The notes under the pieces are model-generated. The model saw nothing but the letters and a program-made list of their open reading frames with translations, was not told the DNA's origin and did not search any database. A stretch of DNA of 56,548 nucleotides, the filler included, from Sphacelaria rigidula (lineage: Eukaryota), in assembly GCA_964200075.2 (NCBI GenBank). It is 5 parts of 5 records of this genome, joined end to end, with 100 filler letters (N's around TTAATTAATTAA, not from the genome) between each part and the next. Parts side by side here need not be neighbours in the genome. Positions count along the whole stretch, not along the records: positions 1 to 11,230 come from CAXNAA020005200.1; positions 11,331 to 22,560 come from CAXNAA020005201.1; 3 more parts are not named here. One strand, given 5' to 3'. Within the stretch, counting starts at the first letter, position 1. Every line of letters begins with the position of its first letter. Of this stretch, positions 1 to 11,584 are shown one piece after another. The translations under genes and the position numbers were made by a program.

Positions 1-370
1 ATTTGCATCTCCAACTATAACTCCTCAAGTGTACCAAATCAGCTCGACTTGAGCATATCGCTGTGAACTGCAGACCAAGTTGCGTGCACGCTCATGGACA
101 GTGTAGCAGGCAGTACAAAGCTGCACGTTGGTGAATGAAGTTTTTTTCACGTCACATTGTAAGCAGAGAAAATTGATAGTCCTGGGCAGTCTGCACTGCA
201 CGTTGCCCGCTTCTCCTTTATATCCTCCTGCGCGAAACACGCACACACGCACTCAAGGCACCCTGCTTTTCAAGTAGTGCAGACAGTACAGACTGTCTGT
301 ACTGTACACGAGTGACCCTGTACCGAATCACGATTTTCACTGTCTTTCTTCGATCGAAAGCTTTAAAATC
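1..370. repeat. Dispersed repeat fragments of non-autonomous DNA transposons
   Basis: 1-78 matches ~55405-55482 (interior of a TA-MITE). 77-361 matches 54597-54850 directly, and matches 55195-55378 plus 56237-56337 in reverse complement. Confidence 0.85.
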
Positions 371-467
371 CATCCGGATCCAACTACATCAAAACGAGAA
401 ATTTTCGATCGAAAAGAAAAGTGCTGAGACAGGCTCTGAAAATACTTTTTTCGCAAAGAGGACGGCT

Positions 468-728
468 AACACAGGAGGTTTTTCTTTTTCAATTTGTTTG
501 AGCACCCCACCTTCCTTCGGCGATGTTTGCCTTTCTTTTTACCGAGAGGAGTTCACCGGTCCCTTCCCTCGTCGACCGTGAAGTCGACCTGTGTGTACTC
601 ACGACATAGTCGCTCTCCACTGTTGGGCATGGTGTGAGAGAAAATCCCAGGTCTTCCCGAGATTTGAACCCACGTCCTAACCGTCAGAAGGTTTCGAGGT
701 TACCACCTGAGCCACCGGGGCGACCGGC
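468..728 (-). mobile_element. tRNA-derived SINE copy (3'-truncated)
   Basis: Minus-strand head GCCGGTCGCCCCGGTGGCTCAGGTGG (Pol III A box) ... GGTTCAAATC (B box). Homologous copies at 16021-16385 and 39130-39460. Confidence 0.8.
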
Positions 729-744
729 TACCGCTGTGTGTTCC

Positions 745-2544
745 TCAATCCTGTCACCCCTGTGAAACCCTTTTACCGACACCCGACAGTTCTTTATGTT
801 CTGTAAGTTCATCACACCCCTGGTCGACAACGACCACCCCGCGGGTGGATCGAGTTCGACGACGCAACATTTGAGATTTAGAACTGCTCTTCTCTCGCTG
901 CGCAAGATACTTTTCATAAACACGTCAATATTAGTCTGATGTATAGGAATTCTCCCGGGGAACCGGTATCTGAGTTTGACCCTGCAGCCAATTGCGTGTA
1001 GAGCCGGTGTGTATGTGCGCTGTTTTCCTTTACTGGGATCAACGGCAAGACGCAGCTTATCGTGCCATCGCCCCAACACAAATTCCGGCGTGCTGCCATC
1101 AGTGCTGTCAACGAGCTGTGTGTTTTGTCGTCCGACGTATGGTTCAAACGAACCTACACCTTGTCGGGATGATATGGCAAAACAAAAAAAATCGCGTCTT
1201 CGCCGGGGCGATTGGCTCCTGCTGTCTTTTGTCCAGTCATTTCAACCGTGTAAAACTATCAAACCGGTACGCAGAGGCTGTGTAAGACCTTTCTTAACTT
1301 TACTCGCTAGTTTGTTATAATCTGAAACTGCCTCATACCCCTGGTCGACGACTCTGCAAGGTCCGTAAGCCTCCCGTAATCCCGGCCCGGATTCAACATA
1401 TATACCCTTGTGGGTATATGCGATGCAGGGAGAGTGTAGGTATTACCCGGGAGGGGTGAAGATTAAACTCAATCCCTACCTTTGTTCTGAAACCTCGCAC
1501 TTGTTCCCCAACCTCCATCCATCTAACATCCCTTGGTATTCAACGCCGTACACCCTTGAAGATATTGTTTCCTGCTCGGGGAACAGACGGGTTACAGGGT
1601 ACCAGTTGAAAGGGAAAGCGAAACATGATAATCAACAGGTATCGGACCGCCTGGGGGGCCTTCATCTGCGCTGCCATCGGTATCAATTTGCAGGACATCG
1701 GTCTATGGTGTCCAACCCTATCTCGTATGGGGGCCGGTTTGTTGCATACACGGGGTATCTTTACAGATATTATTCCTATACGACAGTTCGGTGACTTCTG
1801 GAAAACTTTCATCCCCGTAACCGACAGTTCTGTAGCTTCTCTTGGACTGTGGTTGGCCTACCCGACTTTTCTCGTGAAATCTGTAAGGCTTTCGTTGCCT
1901 AACTTGATAGTTCTATGACTTCAGTGCACACCCTTACTCGACAGATCTTTGACTTCAGTAACGCTTTCCTAATCCCTCGACAGTTCTGTGACTTGTCGAA
2001 GACTGTCCTACCGGTCCACGACAGTTGCGTGACTGTTGTGATCCACCATACCCTTCCAAGATAGTTCTGTTCTTTCTGTACACACGGTTGACACTTTCTA
2101 CAATAGCCCCCCCCGAAACCAGCCCAAAAGTGTCACGAAAAAAATGGCCATACAGCGCCTGATGTTTGGGTTTAGGTTGCATGAAGCGCTTCATAGTGGC
2201 GACATTGGATAGAACGAACCCAAGCGTGGGAATTCCCAGTTGCTCGTTGTGCTCGGGTTTTCCCATTTCGATTTACTTACGGGGAAATTTTGCCTCCCAA
2301 AATCATGCACTTTTTGAGGGGAGGCTATCGTAGAAAGTGTCGGTTTAACCCTACACCCTTGTACAAATATCCGGGTGCGTGTTCTATTTTCTATGCAACC
2401 CTTTCTCATCACAAGACCACCAGTGGATTCTCTGTAAGCCTCCTATCCCTACCCGACAAGTTCCGTGGCCTCCGAGCGATTTTTTATCGGTACTCCCTAC
2501 TTCTGTATGATCCACGAAAACTCGTACCCTACCCAATGCACCTT
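745..2544. repeat. Degenerate ~40-bp tandem/subterminal repeat region of a non-autonomous DNA transposon
   Basis: Recurrent CGACAGTTC(T/G)GTGACTT-like unit at ~1781, 1822, 1863, 1906, 1939, 1978, 2019, 2060. The region ends in TACCCTACCCAATGCACCTT (2525-2544), similar to the TIR of the MITE at 12220-12462. Confidence 0.6.
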
Positions 2545-2654
2545 AACGCTACAAAAACTCAAACTTTTTCTCGGGGCTGTGAACAATCAGCTCTGTTCAG
2601 TTCCGCCAACACTTGCCGCGCCAGTTGCCACTCCATCATTTTTTTTCAGCTAAT

Positions 2655-3235
2655 CGTCCCCCCCGGCTGGTGGGGGTCCCGCTCAGGAGCGTCGCCCAAG
2701 TTAGAAATTTTCCCCGTGTTTGACCTTTTTTTCCTGCGGTAACCGTAATTGGTTGTGAATAATGTAGCCAATCACTGCGAACGGATACGAGCCTCGTACT
2801 GCTCTAACATGTCTTCGGTATGTAGTAGCGATCGACCATCATTCCTCTACACCATCCAGCAGCAGATCCTCTTCTCGGGGACCTGGGGATCGGAACAAAC
2901 ATGCCACACCCTGGCAGTACCTTGGGCAATTGAAGTAAACAGGTTCTCACCGCAGATTATTCGATAGAACGCTTGTGTGTTTTGTGATCGCCCGTGACCG
3001 GACTTTTTTTCTTCGGATGAGGTACATACCTGCTACATCACTTCGACGTATTGTGAGTATCTCCTGCTTCATGTTCACATCGATATTCATGCAATTGTGA
3101 ATTGGGGGATGGAGTTCGGCACTTCAGCACCAAGCGTCCCACCATAAGTGAGACCCACCTCTTCATTTCTTTGTTTATCTCATTCGACTGACCAGCCTTC
3201 GACCGACCCGATGTCGGCGATAAGAAAAACTGCAA
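2655..3235 (-). mobile_element. Diverged relic homologous to the region downstream of the hAT transposase in contig 4
   Basis: Reverse-complement similarity to ~42810-43420, e.g. CATTCGACTGACCAGCC vs GGCTGGTCAGTCGAA and CCCCCGGCTGGTG vs CACCAGCCGGGGG. Confidence 0.65.
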
Positions 3236-3708
3236 AACAACCGGGTACCACCGACGTTTGTGGGACCTGAACTGCTGTAGACTGCTGACTTCAATCTCAT
3301 AGTCTAATCATACACAGTATTTATTTCTTATAAACCCCCCATCATTGAACTACTATAAAAATTACTCGGTATAGACAAGCGGCGCAACACCTCCACATGA
3401 ACTGGACAACTGGCGCTCTCGTACCCATTTCCAGTTGAACTCTAGTAATAGCAATGAAGATATAGAAATTTAAGTGGGTCAGTCCCCAGCCCATTTCTTC
3501 GATGCTTTCGATGTACTTTCTCCCGGAGTTGGCGCCAACCATTGCAAGCCCACGATTCGACACTCATTAGGAACGTGACGCTAGGAGGGGACCTCCCACC
3601 TTCATTGTGATAATACACTTTTACGTGCTAGACTTTCTTGTACAGAATGCCACACTTACGTGGAGGCCGTGGTCCTCAGTACAGGTTCATCGAGAAGTAT
3701 CCTGATAA

Positions 3709-4372
3709 CCGAAGGCAACTTCTTATCCCACTTCCTCCCTTTTCAACCTACTTGACATCGTTGCTTTCAACACCCGTTCGTCGCGCATTCGCTCACAGTA
3801 CAACTATCTTTCCTTCCGTACTACTTTCTCGCTGAACTTTCCGCAACCGTCGCTTCGTCCTCCTCCCAACTCGTTCGGAATTGACAGGTGCTCCACCTGC
3901 AACACCCCCATCTCTGTCCCGCAGGATACGCAACCAGTCCCGAAGGGCTCCAGAAAACAGCTGTCCTTCCTCTGCTTAGCGTGTGACGGCGAGATCGGGG
4001 TCAGCACCCCGCACCACCGCATGCCCGATCCTCCCGGCGGTAAGGACAGGTTATACGCCCACGTACGGCCGCGCGTGCGTAAAAACCCTTGTGAAAGCGG
4101 CCGAGGAGTGCACTCATTCGTGTTACGAGTGTACAGCAACCCTCTCCCAAACACCACTCTATGATCTCTTAACGGGGGATGGCGAACCAGCTTTCATAAG
4201 GTGTGACCTCTGTTTCTACGACACGCGTGCCACGCTCCTGTCTGATTTCCAACTGCACTACTTGTTGAAGAAGAAAGCGTCATATGCGTCAAAACACGGC
4301 GATTCGACACCACGCAAAGCACCGCGGGTCAGTGATAACTTCCTGTTCCCTCCCGGAAACCAACCCGTCTAG
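3709..4372 (+). pseudogene. Frameshifted Cys-rich (multi-CxxC) ORF relic, probably in the 3' internal region of an LTR retrotransposon
   Basis: One frame gives CSTC...CLAC...YAHVRP. After a frameshift near 4070 it continues RACVKTL...CTHSCYEC...RCDLC. It lies upstream of the LTR at 6046. Confidence 0.45.
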
Positions 4373-6045
4373 CCACCAACTAAAATCTCCCCTCCCCTCG
4401 AAAAGGAGAAAAACATTACGACCCGACAAGGTAGCCGACCCACGGCCACCAGGAGCGGAGCTGGAAGCTAAACCGCCGCTGACGGTAAGTACCACAAGTG
4501 GCCATTCCTTGTCCCTGTTCAATTCCCTCTCAACTATGTGTAGTCCTCTTTTCATCCTGCCCTCTCACACCTTCAATGATTGCTCTCGTCGGTACCAGAC
4601 TTTTCTTTATTTACTTTTTCCAACATGCCTCAGTACAACCTTCAGCCTGCACGCTTGTTCACGTCTCTTCGTTCCTTTACCTCCCCCTTGTCTGCCTTCT
4701 TGATACCGTGCTGCGTTCCAAAACCAGATGTCTACACTCGGGACGTGACGAACTTCGTCAGATCCGACATCATCCACGTCAGCTTCCGTCAGTCTCTGTG
4801 ACTTTATGGCGGCGTCGTTTCTTCTCGTTCTGGGCTCCGGTTCTTTCGGCGTTGTGCAGTCTTACAGTAACGTCGTCAAACTAACTTCTTTTTCCCAGTA
4901 CTTTTCGGGGGCCAGGATTGGGGGGCATTGAGTGTGTCCTCAGTTTTATATTGCCTTCGTTCTAAACTGCTCCCGGCACATCACGGAAATATCTACTTCT
5001 ACCGCCCCGGTGGTGTATTGATCTGACTGTTGCCATTGGGGGGGAGAGAACGGGGGTTCGGCTCTCGATTGGTTGGGGTTTTTCTCCGTTATGTACGATT
5101 TCCACCGTGGAAAACGTGAGTACGTGGGAAAACAATATTAATCGACTGGGTTCGTGTGACGTGGGTTGACGCGGTGCGAAAGTGCTCACCAAATCCGCAA
5201 GAGCGAACCGAAAGGCGCGTACCGGGGGAGAGGTGAGTTTATCCGTCGAGACCACGGACTCATTCTGAGGAAGGGGGGGGGGGTTCAAAGTGTGAGGGGG
5301 AAAACAAAGGGGCAGGTAGATTTGAGGTTCTCGAACTTGGATTAGCACTGGGTAATTACACCGAACTAATATTAGGGTGATCAACTCCCTTGATGTTGAT
5401 GCTGAGCCAAGTCAGTTGATGTTTCGTCGATGAAGCCATCACCTAATTTCCTTGAACGTGGGATATTTTTCAATATTATTAAGTCTTTTTCGGGGTGGTT
5501 CTCGCTGCCTGCGACATGTCGATTCCTGCGTTTGCTGTTCCTACATGTATATGCAGCAGGGGGTGGTAATTTGGTCGTCTAGATCGCACGCCGGTAATTT
5601 GCTGGCTTGCAGTGTGTTCCTCGTTGCTCGATCGGTTTTGGCGGGGTGATTGTTTTCGTGTACAGTTTGTTGTGCAAAAACATCCTCTGTCGACTCTTGG
5701 TTTTATGGTCATCGGTGGTGAGTTCCTTGCACCCCGTGACCACGGGTCGAAGATAAAAACTCATGTAGTGAAATAATTAAACTAATGTGACGTGAGCTCT
5801 GAAAATCGAAGATAACAGTACCCCGCCGGTGGGAGTTGAGATGAAACGTGCCCGTGCCATGTTTTTTGCGCACGAGTTACATCCGTGTCGTGCCTTTCCC
5901 GACTCCCCGTCAAAACAAAATTCTCAAAGGACGAGCACGGCGCCTAAACTAGTCGCGGTGCTATCAACAATAGGGTATTTTACCCTCGAGAGGATGAAAA
6001 TCGCGATAGGGGATTTTTATGGGGGTAGCCAAATGGCCGCGTGAG

Positions 6046-6543
6046 TGTAATGGGGTGCACCGAAACCAGTGGCCCTTGCCTGTGTACTACGTTTTTTCGG
6101 CACCGGCCCTCAGCGTTACCCCTGCTGCGCACAACTTCAACTTTGTTTCATATACGTACGTTGTCCCAACTCCGTTGTGTAACAAGCTTTCGCCCTGCAC
6201 TACGCAGTCCGATCTCGCGGTCCACATCCCAAGCTTTGTAGAAGCTTTTGTGCTGCCCTACACCGCACGATCTTTCGGTGCTCGCCTAAATTTTCAAGGA
6301 ACACCGCCAGTCGTTTCTCAGCTTGTGCCGGGATAATACAGTTATAGTCTACCCTTGACGCCACAACCGGAACATGTGTGAGTTGTACTACTTTCACGTA
6401 CCAACGCTGCTACAGAAAATTGGATTTTCGCCTTTTTCGACGCCGTACGTCTGTTCTGTGCGCAATCCCGAGCTTCCGTTGATAGCTATTACCGCCACAA
6501 CTTAGATAGTTGTATTGATCAGACCTCCGACATTGTTGTTACA
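6046..6543 (+). mobile_element. Long terminal repeat of a Ty3/gypsy element
   Basis: Begins TGTAA and ends TTACA (5-bp terminal inverted repeat, TG...CA). No target-site duplication. Lies ~210 bp upstream of the gag-like ATG at 6753. No second LTR in the contig to confirm the boundaries. Confidence 0.6.
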
Positions 6544-6752
6544 TACAGCAATTAGCTTGAATAATAACACTCGAGTACATCAGGTTCCCAAGGTCCCTCC
6601 AGGCGCTATTAGGCTCCACTATCCCGTATTTCCGGAGACAAGCTTCGGCCGTTGCACTTTGCATTTCTTGGTGTCACGCTCCCTTGATTAGAGCCCGACG
6701 ACCAGACACACTGGTCCTACCTTTTTAAGCACACAAGTTGCGTACGACTACC

Positions 6753-9700
6753 ATGTCGCACATAAATAACGCTGGGTCTTCCCCTCAATTGGGAAACCAA
6801 TCGCTTTGTCGGACACAAAGTCAAACCACTGGCGGTTTGAAATCTTTTGGTATGAGTGTCACGTCACCGTCAACTCATCGCCGCACGTATGCGAGCGCTG
6901 TTCGATTTTCGGGATCTGAAGACCAACCTTCGAGCGATGCTCGTTCTTCGAGGCTTGAAGACAAGACTATGACGCCGCGACCTGTTCTCTTACGTACCCA
7001 TTCGCACTCAAAGAACAGGCTTGTGCCACCGGCTGAGTCATTGGTTCCTGACGGGCATGTCAGTGAACCCATAACGGTAGATTACGTAGCACCCCCCTCG
7101 CTGCGGCCTGTTCTTCCAAATCCCGATGTGGAATCCGAAGTCAGGATTGTACCCCCAGCTGAGTCGTTGCCCCCTGGACAGACGTGTCCAGCTTGGTCCA
7201 GTAACGGTTGCTTCAACGGTGGCACCCCATCGCATGACGGTTGACAACTCTGGAGATGACTCAGTCCCGACGAGCGTATCGCTTCTGGAGCAAGAGATTT
7301 TGTCACGCGGGCTGCTTTCGTGACGGATCCCCATTGCACGACTCTCGGCAGTTCCGTGCACCCTACTGCGCAGTCCAATGTCGGACCAGTAGTCGCGATG
7401 AATGCATTCTACCCTGTAGAATATGCATCGCACTTCATCAGCGTCGGCGCACTCGCCAGCCTCAGCTCTCATCGAGGCATTTATAGCTTTTTGCCAGGCC
7501 ACGTTCCAAGACCAATCTGCGTCTGCTCACGTGCAATTCAACGATGATTCTGCACGTGCCCCGCCCAAACCCGTACGTTTGGCGCTCCGATCGGCGACAT
7601 CGCGTCCTCCGTTCGTCACTCATGAAAAAATCAACGAACACTAGTCCAGCCCCTCCTCGACGTCAAACCAAAGTCTTGCTAGCGCTCCTGACCGGCGCCG
7701 CACACCGACAGTTGGTCACGACCACGTCACCTGTGCTCTTCCAAGGACAACTCCCAGCAAAGCTTGAATTCATCGCGCCCGAAGAAGGTCGCTCATGGTC
7801 GCACATATGACGGTAGTTCACGACACAGTTCCAATTCATCGCGCGCTCCGAAGCGCCCGGCGAAGCCGTGATCGTACTCACGAGGATGATTCGCGGCACA
7901 GATCAAGTTCATCGCGCGTTCACTCGCGCTCGAAGAACACCGATCATGCAACCGCGCGCACCCTCCTGCTCCGCATCTGCCACGCCGCCGTCATTTACGC
8001 AATGATAACACGGTACATGCTGAAGATATCCAAAATATACTTTCGGACATGTCACCAGCTCTGGAATCCTCAATTGGGGGATCCGGCCGTACTTCATCGC
8101 AAAACCGACGACACCGCAATGACCGCGACCCACCGTCACGCTCTGAAGCTGCGATTATTCGTTCTCTTCAAGAACGATTGACAGACCTCGAGCGACAACT
8201 GTCAACAATGGAGAACTCAAAATCCACTGCCGCTGCCGCCAAGACCACGGTGGAGACCACCGGCGTTACTGCGGCTACTGCTGCCGCCACAACTGCCGCA
8301 GATATTGGTCCAACCACTGGCCCGGTCGTGGATGCCCCCGTGCGCTCGCCCCCGCCTGTGTAGGATCTTCGTCCGCTCGGCGACGAGCATTGCCCTACCG
8401 GTCCTGTTGAGGCTGTTCAGAAACCGCCCCCGTGCGGAACAACTGGAACTCATGACTAAGCCTCGCAAGCGCCGGCGCTGGCCAAGGACGTACTCGAGCA
8501 ACAAAGGGAGGCGGACGCCGCCGCGGCACGCGTCGTCGCCGAAGAACACGCTGCCAAGCATCAAGACCTCCAACGCCAGGCTACACGTGCTCGGACAACC
8601 AACTCCGCGGCTTATCGCGCTCTGCAGGAAAGCCGCACTGTTGCGTTCGCGGCTCAGAAGCGCGTCAAGGACCTCGAGGACCATGTCCGCAGAACTGCCC
8701 ATAACGCGGCCACGTCGGTGGCTCGCCTCTCAAACCATCCGGCCTCTCCGCCGTCCATCGGCAACACGCCCGGTGGTCGCTCTTCCCGCCAGCCAACGAC
8801 CGATACGTCTACTTACGTGATCCCACCTAAGACCGACAACACGTCGTATGCTGCGGCCACTGCCGTTCCCAAGATGGCCCCGACACGCCCGCCTCGTGCA
8901 CCTAGCTCGGCGGCCGATGCCCGCCTGACGCCAGGTAACTGGCGCCCCACGAACGAGTGTGGCTTCCTCGTTCCGCGGCCGATCATACCAGCCCGTTTCA
9001 CAGAAGCAACCACCTCCGCTGCTCCCGCGAGGCCTGGAACTGAATTTCGCAACGCTTGCTCTACGTCATTGGTGTTTACGTGGAGCAGGGCGGCTTTTCC
9101 CCCTACGACGGCGTATCGGCTCTCACCTTGGGTCAACTGGTCCTCCAGATGACTATCGACGATTGCCCAAATCACTAGCGTTACGTCGGCGATTTCACCG
9201 ACGCTGTCACCGATCGTTTTGCGGCGCTACACGTCGCTTACAACCCTGATCCCGGCGCCACCATCGCCGACGATGACCAAGATGAAGATGGATGGACTCC
9301 CGCAAGTGCCAACTGCAGGGGACAAAAGAACAACCACCGGAGGGATAATGACGACAACGATGGAGGCGGCTCTCGCCGCCGCCACGGTGATGGGGGATCC
9401 TCTTCGGGCGGCATAGGACCGAACCGCCCGGCTCGCAATACCCGCGGCCCGCCTCGCAAAAAACCCGGACGTAATGCTTCCGGATCTTCCGCGACAGGCT
9501 GGAACCGGTCTGGTACAGACCTGCCCCCCTCGGGTCCGGCGACACCAAGGCAAGTGTTCCCTAAATTGGCTGATGTCTCGGCCCGCAGTCTAGGTTTAAC
9601 TGATACGGACACACCTGACCGTCCTTTTTCTTCTACTGCAGCCCGCGCTTTAGCAACCGCTGCGGCTGACAAAGAACGTTCCGAAGCTAGTAAAAAAGCA

Positions 9701-11230
9701 GCTTCCGATAGAGCCGAGTCTGTCCGAGTGGCTTCAATACAGAGAAAGTGTATTCAGATGGATGTGAAAAAGCTCTGGCACATTAAAACCATACCTGCTG
9801 CGGGTAACGAAGATTCGGGCCAATTTACTTCTGCCCTCATCACGTTCATTCCCCGCACTGTTTGTAACATTCTTCACTTGGCGGATGCAACTGGCACGCA
9901 ACGTTTCGAAGATTTCGATTGGGTAGAGGGCTGGCAGACTCCCTTGCATAAAGCATTCCATCGATCCATCAGCCGCCGCTCTCCCGACATCGCTACTTCT
10001 TTAACACAGATCCTCGACGGCTTCCTCGCCGGAATGGATCCGGATCGTGCCAAGGGGAAGACAGGCCCGGTATTGCTCTCTGATTTGGAGAGATGTTTGG
10101 TAGGTTATTTTGACAAAAGTGACAGAGTCAGCGCCATCTAGAGCTGAGTTCTTTTGCTGTTGCATCGGATGTCCGCTTCGCGGATTATCTCCGCGAATTT
10201 AGTTTTTTGGTTTCTGGTACTACGGGTGTCGGACGCCAAAACGGACCGAGCGATGCAATGTGTCAGGCTTACGTTCGCGATAGCGCTGCTCAGCAGTATC
10301 CGGCTCTGATGCCGTCGTTGTTTCCGGGTGTCTTGGCGCATCGCGAGGTGCCTTACGCCTCTGTTGATGCTATGTGGTCTGCTTTTGTACACCAAGAGGG
10401 TAATCTAACGCCCGCCATACGTAGCAAACCTTCAACGTCTGTGCGTTCACAACCTGCGGTTGTATTTTCAGCTCCCGCCCAAGGGTCTCGCGGCAGAAAT
10501 TCGAGCTCATCTCGCGCTTCATGGACCCCCGATTCGGTCGCCGGTTCAGTTATGCATGTTCAGAGTACCAGAGATGCATTTAGCGCGAGTTTCGATGGTT
10601 GGCCGTTTTCCGAGGAAACTTGGGATGATCTTTGTTTGACTTCAACAACGGCATTCATTACAGATGACCCCCAGTTGCGGAACCAACTTATTTCGTCTTC
10701 CGTTAGACGCAATGCCTTCAGCAGGCATGCCAACAGTTGCATCAACTGTAGTGTTCAAGGCCACAGAATGCTTGACGGCGACAGTCCATGCATCCATGCC
10801 TTTGATCTCATAAACCCTGAATTGCAGGACAATGAACCCGCGTGGCGCCGATGGCAAAAACGCACGCGCGACTATCGCCCACCTGATCGAAATTACCGTA
10901 ACAATTTAAATCAACGTGGCAACAAACGCTCTAATCGCGGTTGCCGACAAAACAACAATCACGCAAGCCCTCGCCGGAACCATACAAATTCTCGCAACAA
11001 AAAACGTTCCGCTGATAGACACCAGCGGACGGGATCGACACAAAGCTCGAATCCCAACACCAGAAACCCTGGACTTCTGCCGAGATAGCCCCCCCCCCCA
11101 AAGCCGGCCAAAAACGTGCACGGAGACGATGATCATAAGTGCCGTTAAAGCTGGTTTCGTGCTGCACGACGCGACTAATTTGGGCGTTAAAGCTGATTCC
11201 GGACTGCTACACGCCTCTCATGGGGGCGAG
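6753..11230 (+). pseudogene. Degenerate long gag-like polyprotein of a Ty3/gypsy retrotransposon, truncated by the contig end
   Basis: Chain of same-strand ORFs (6738-7244, 8049-8363, 8718-9152, 9554-10141, 10207-11088) broken by stops and frameshifts. Pro/Ser/Arg-rich N-terminus, coiled-coil segment ~8130-8700, knuckle-like CINCSVQGH...C at ~10738-10790 followed by LINPEL...AWRRWQ and an N/R-rich tail. Confidence 0.7.
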
Positions 11231-11330
11231 NNNNNNNNNNNNNNNNNNNNNNNNNNNNNNNNNNNNNNNNNNNNTTAATTAATTAANNNNNNNNNNNNNN
11301 NNNNNNNNNNNNNNNNNNNNNNNNNNNNNN
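11231..11330. other. Artificial contig linker (N44-TTAATTAATTAA-N44)
   Basis: Exactly 100 bp. The 12-mer gives stops in all six frames. The same linker recurs at a regular ~11.33-kb spacing. Confidence 0.97.
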
Positions 11331-11584
11331 GGGGCCCCCTCCCCAAAGGGCCCGGGGGTCAAGGGCCAAACAACTAAGGCAAAAAACAAAGGGGTACCCC
11401 CCCCCCCCCCCCCCACCCATCGTATGATTACTGGAAAACCGCCCACGACCAATTAAGGACAAAAACATGCACACACAAATGAAAAAGAAAAACACGAAAC
11501 TCTGCGCCTCCGCACCGCACACCGTGGTCATAACATCCAAGTGAGACACAGCCAAATCCCTCATCCTCTCATCCCATCCCTCAC

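Noticed and set aside
1781..2090. CRISPR-like array
   Set aside because: The repeats are degenerate, the intervening sequences resemble each other, there are no cas genes, and the context is eukaryotic.
11275..11286. TTAATTAATTAA as a biological motif
   Set aside because: Embedded in fixed-length N runs four times; it is an assembly spacer.
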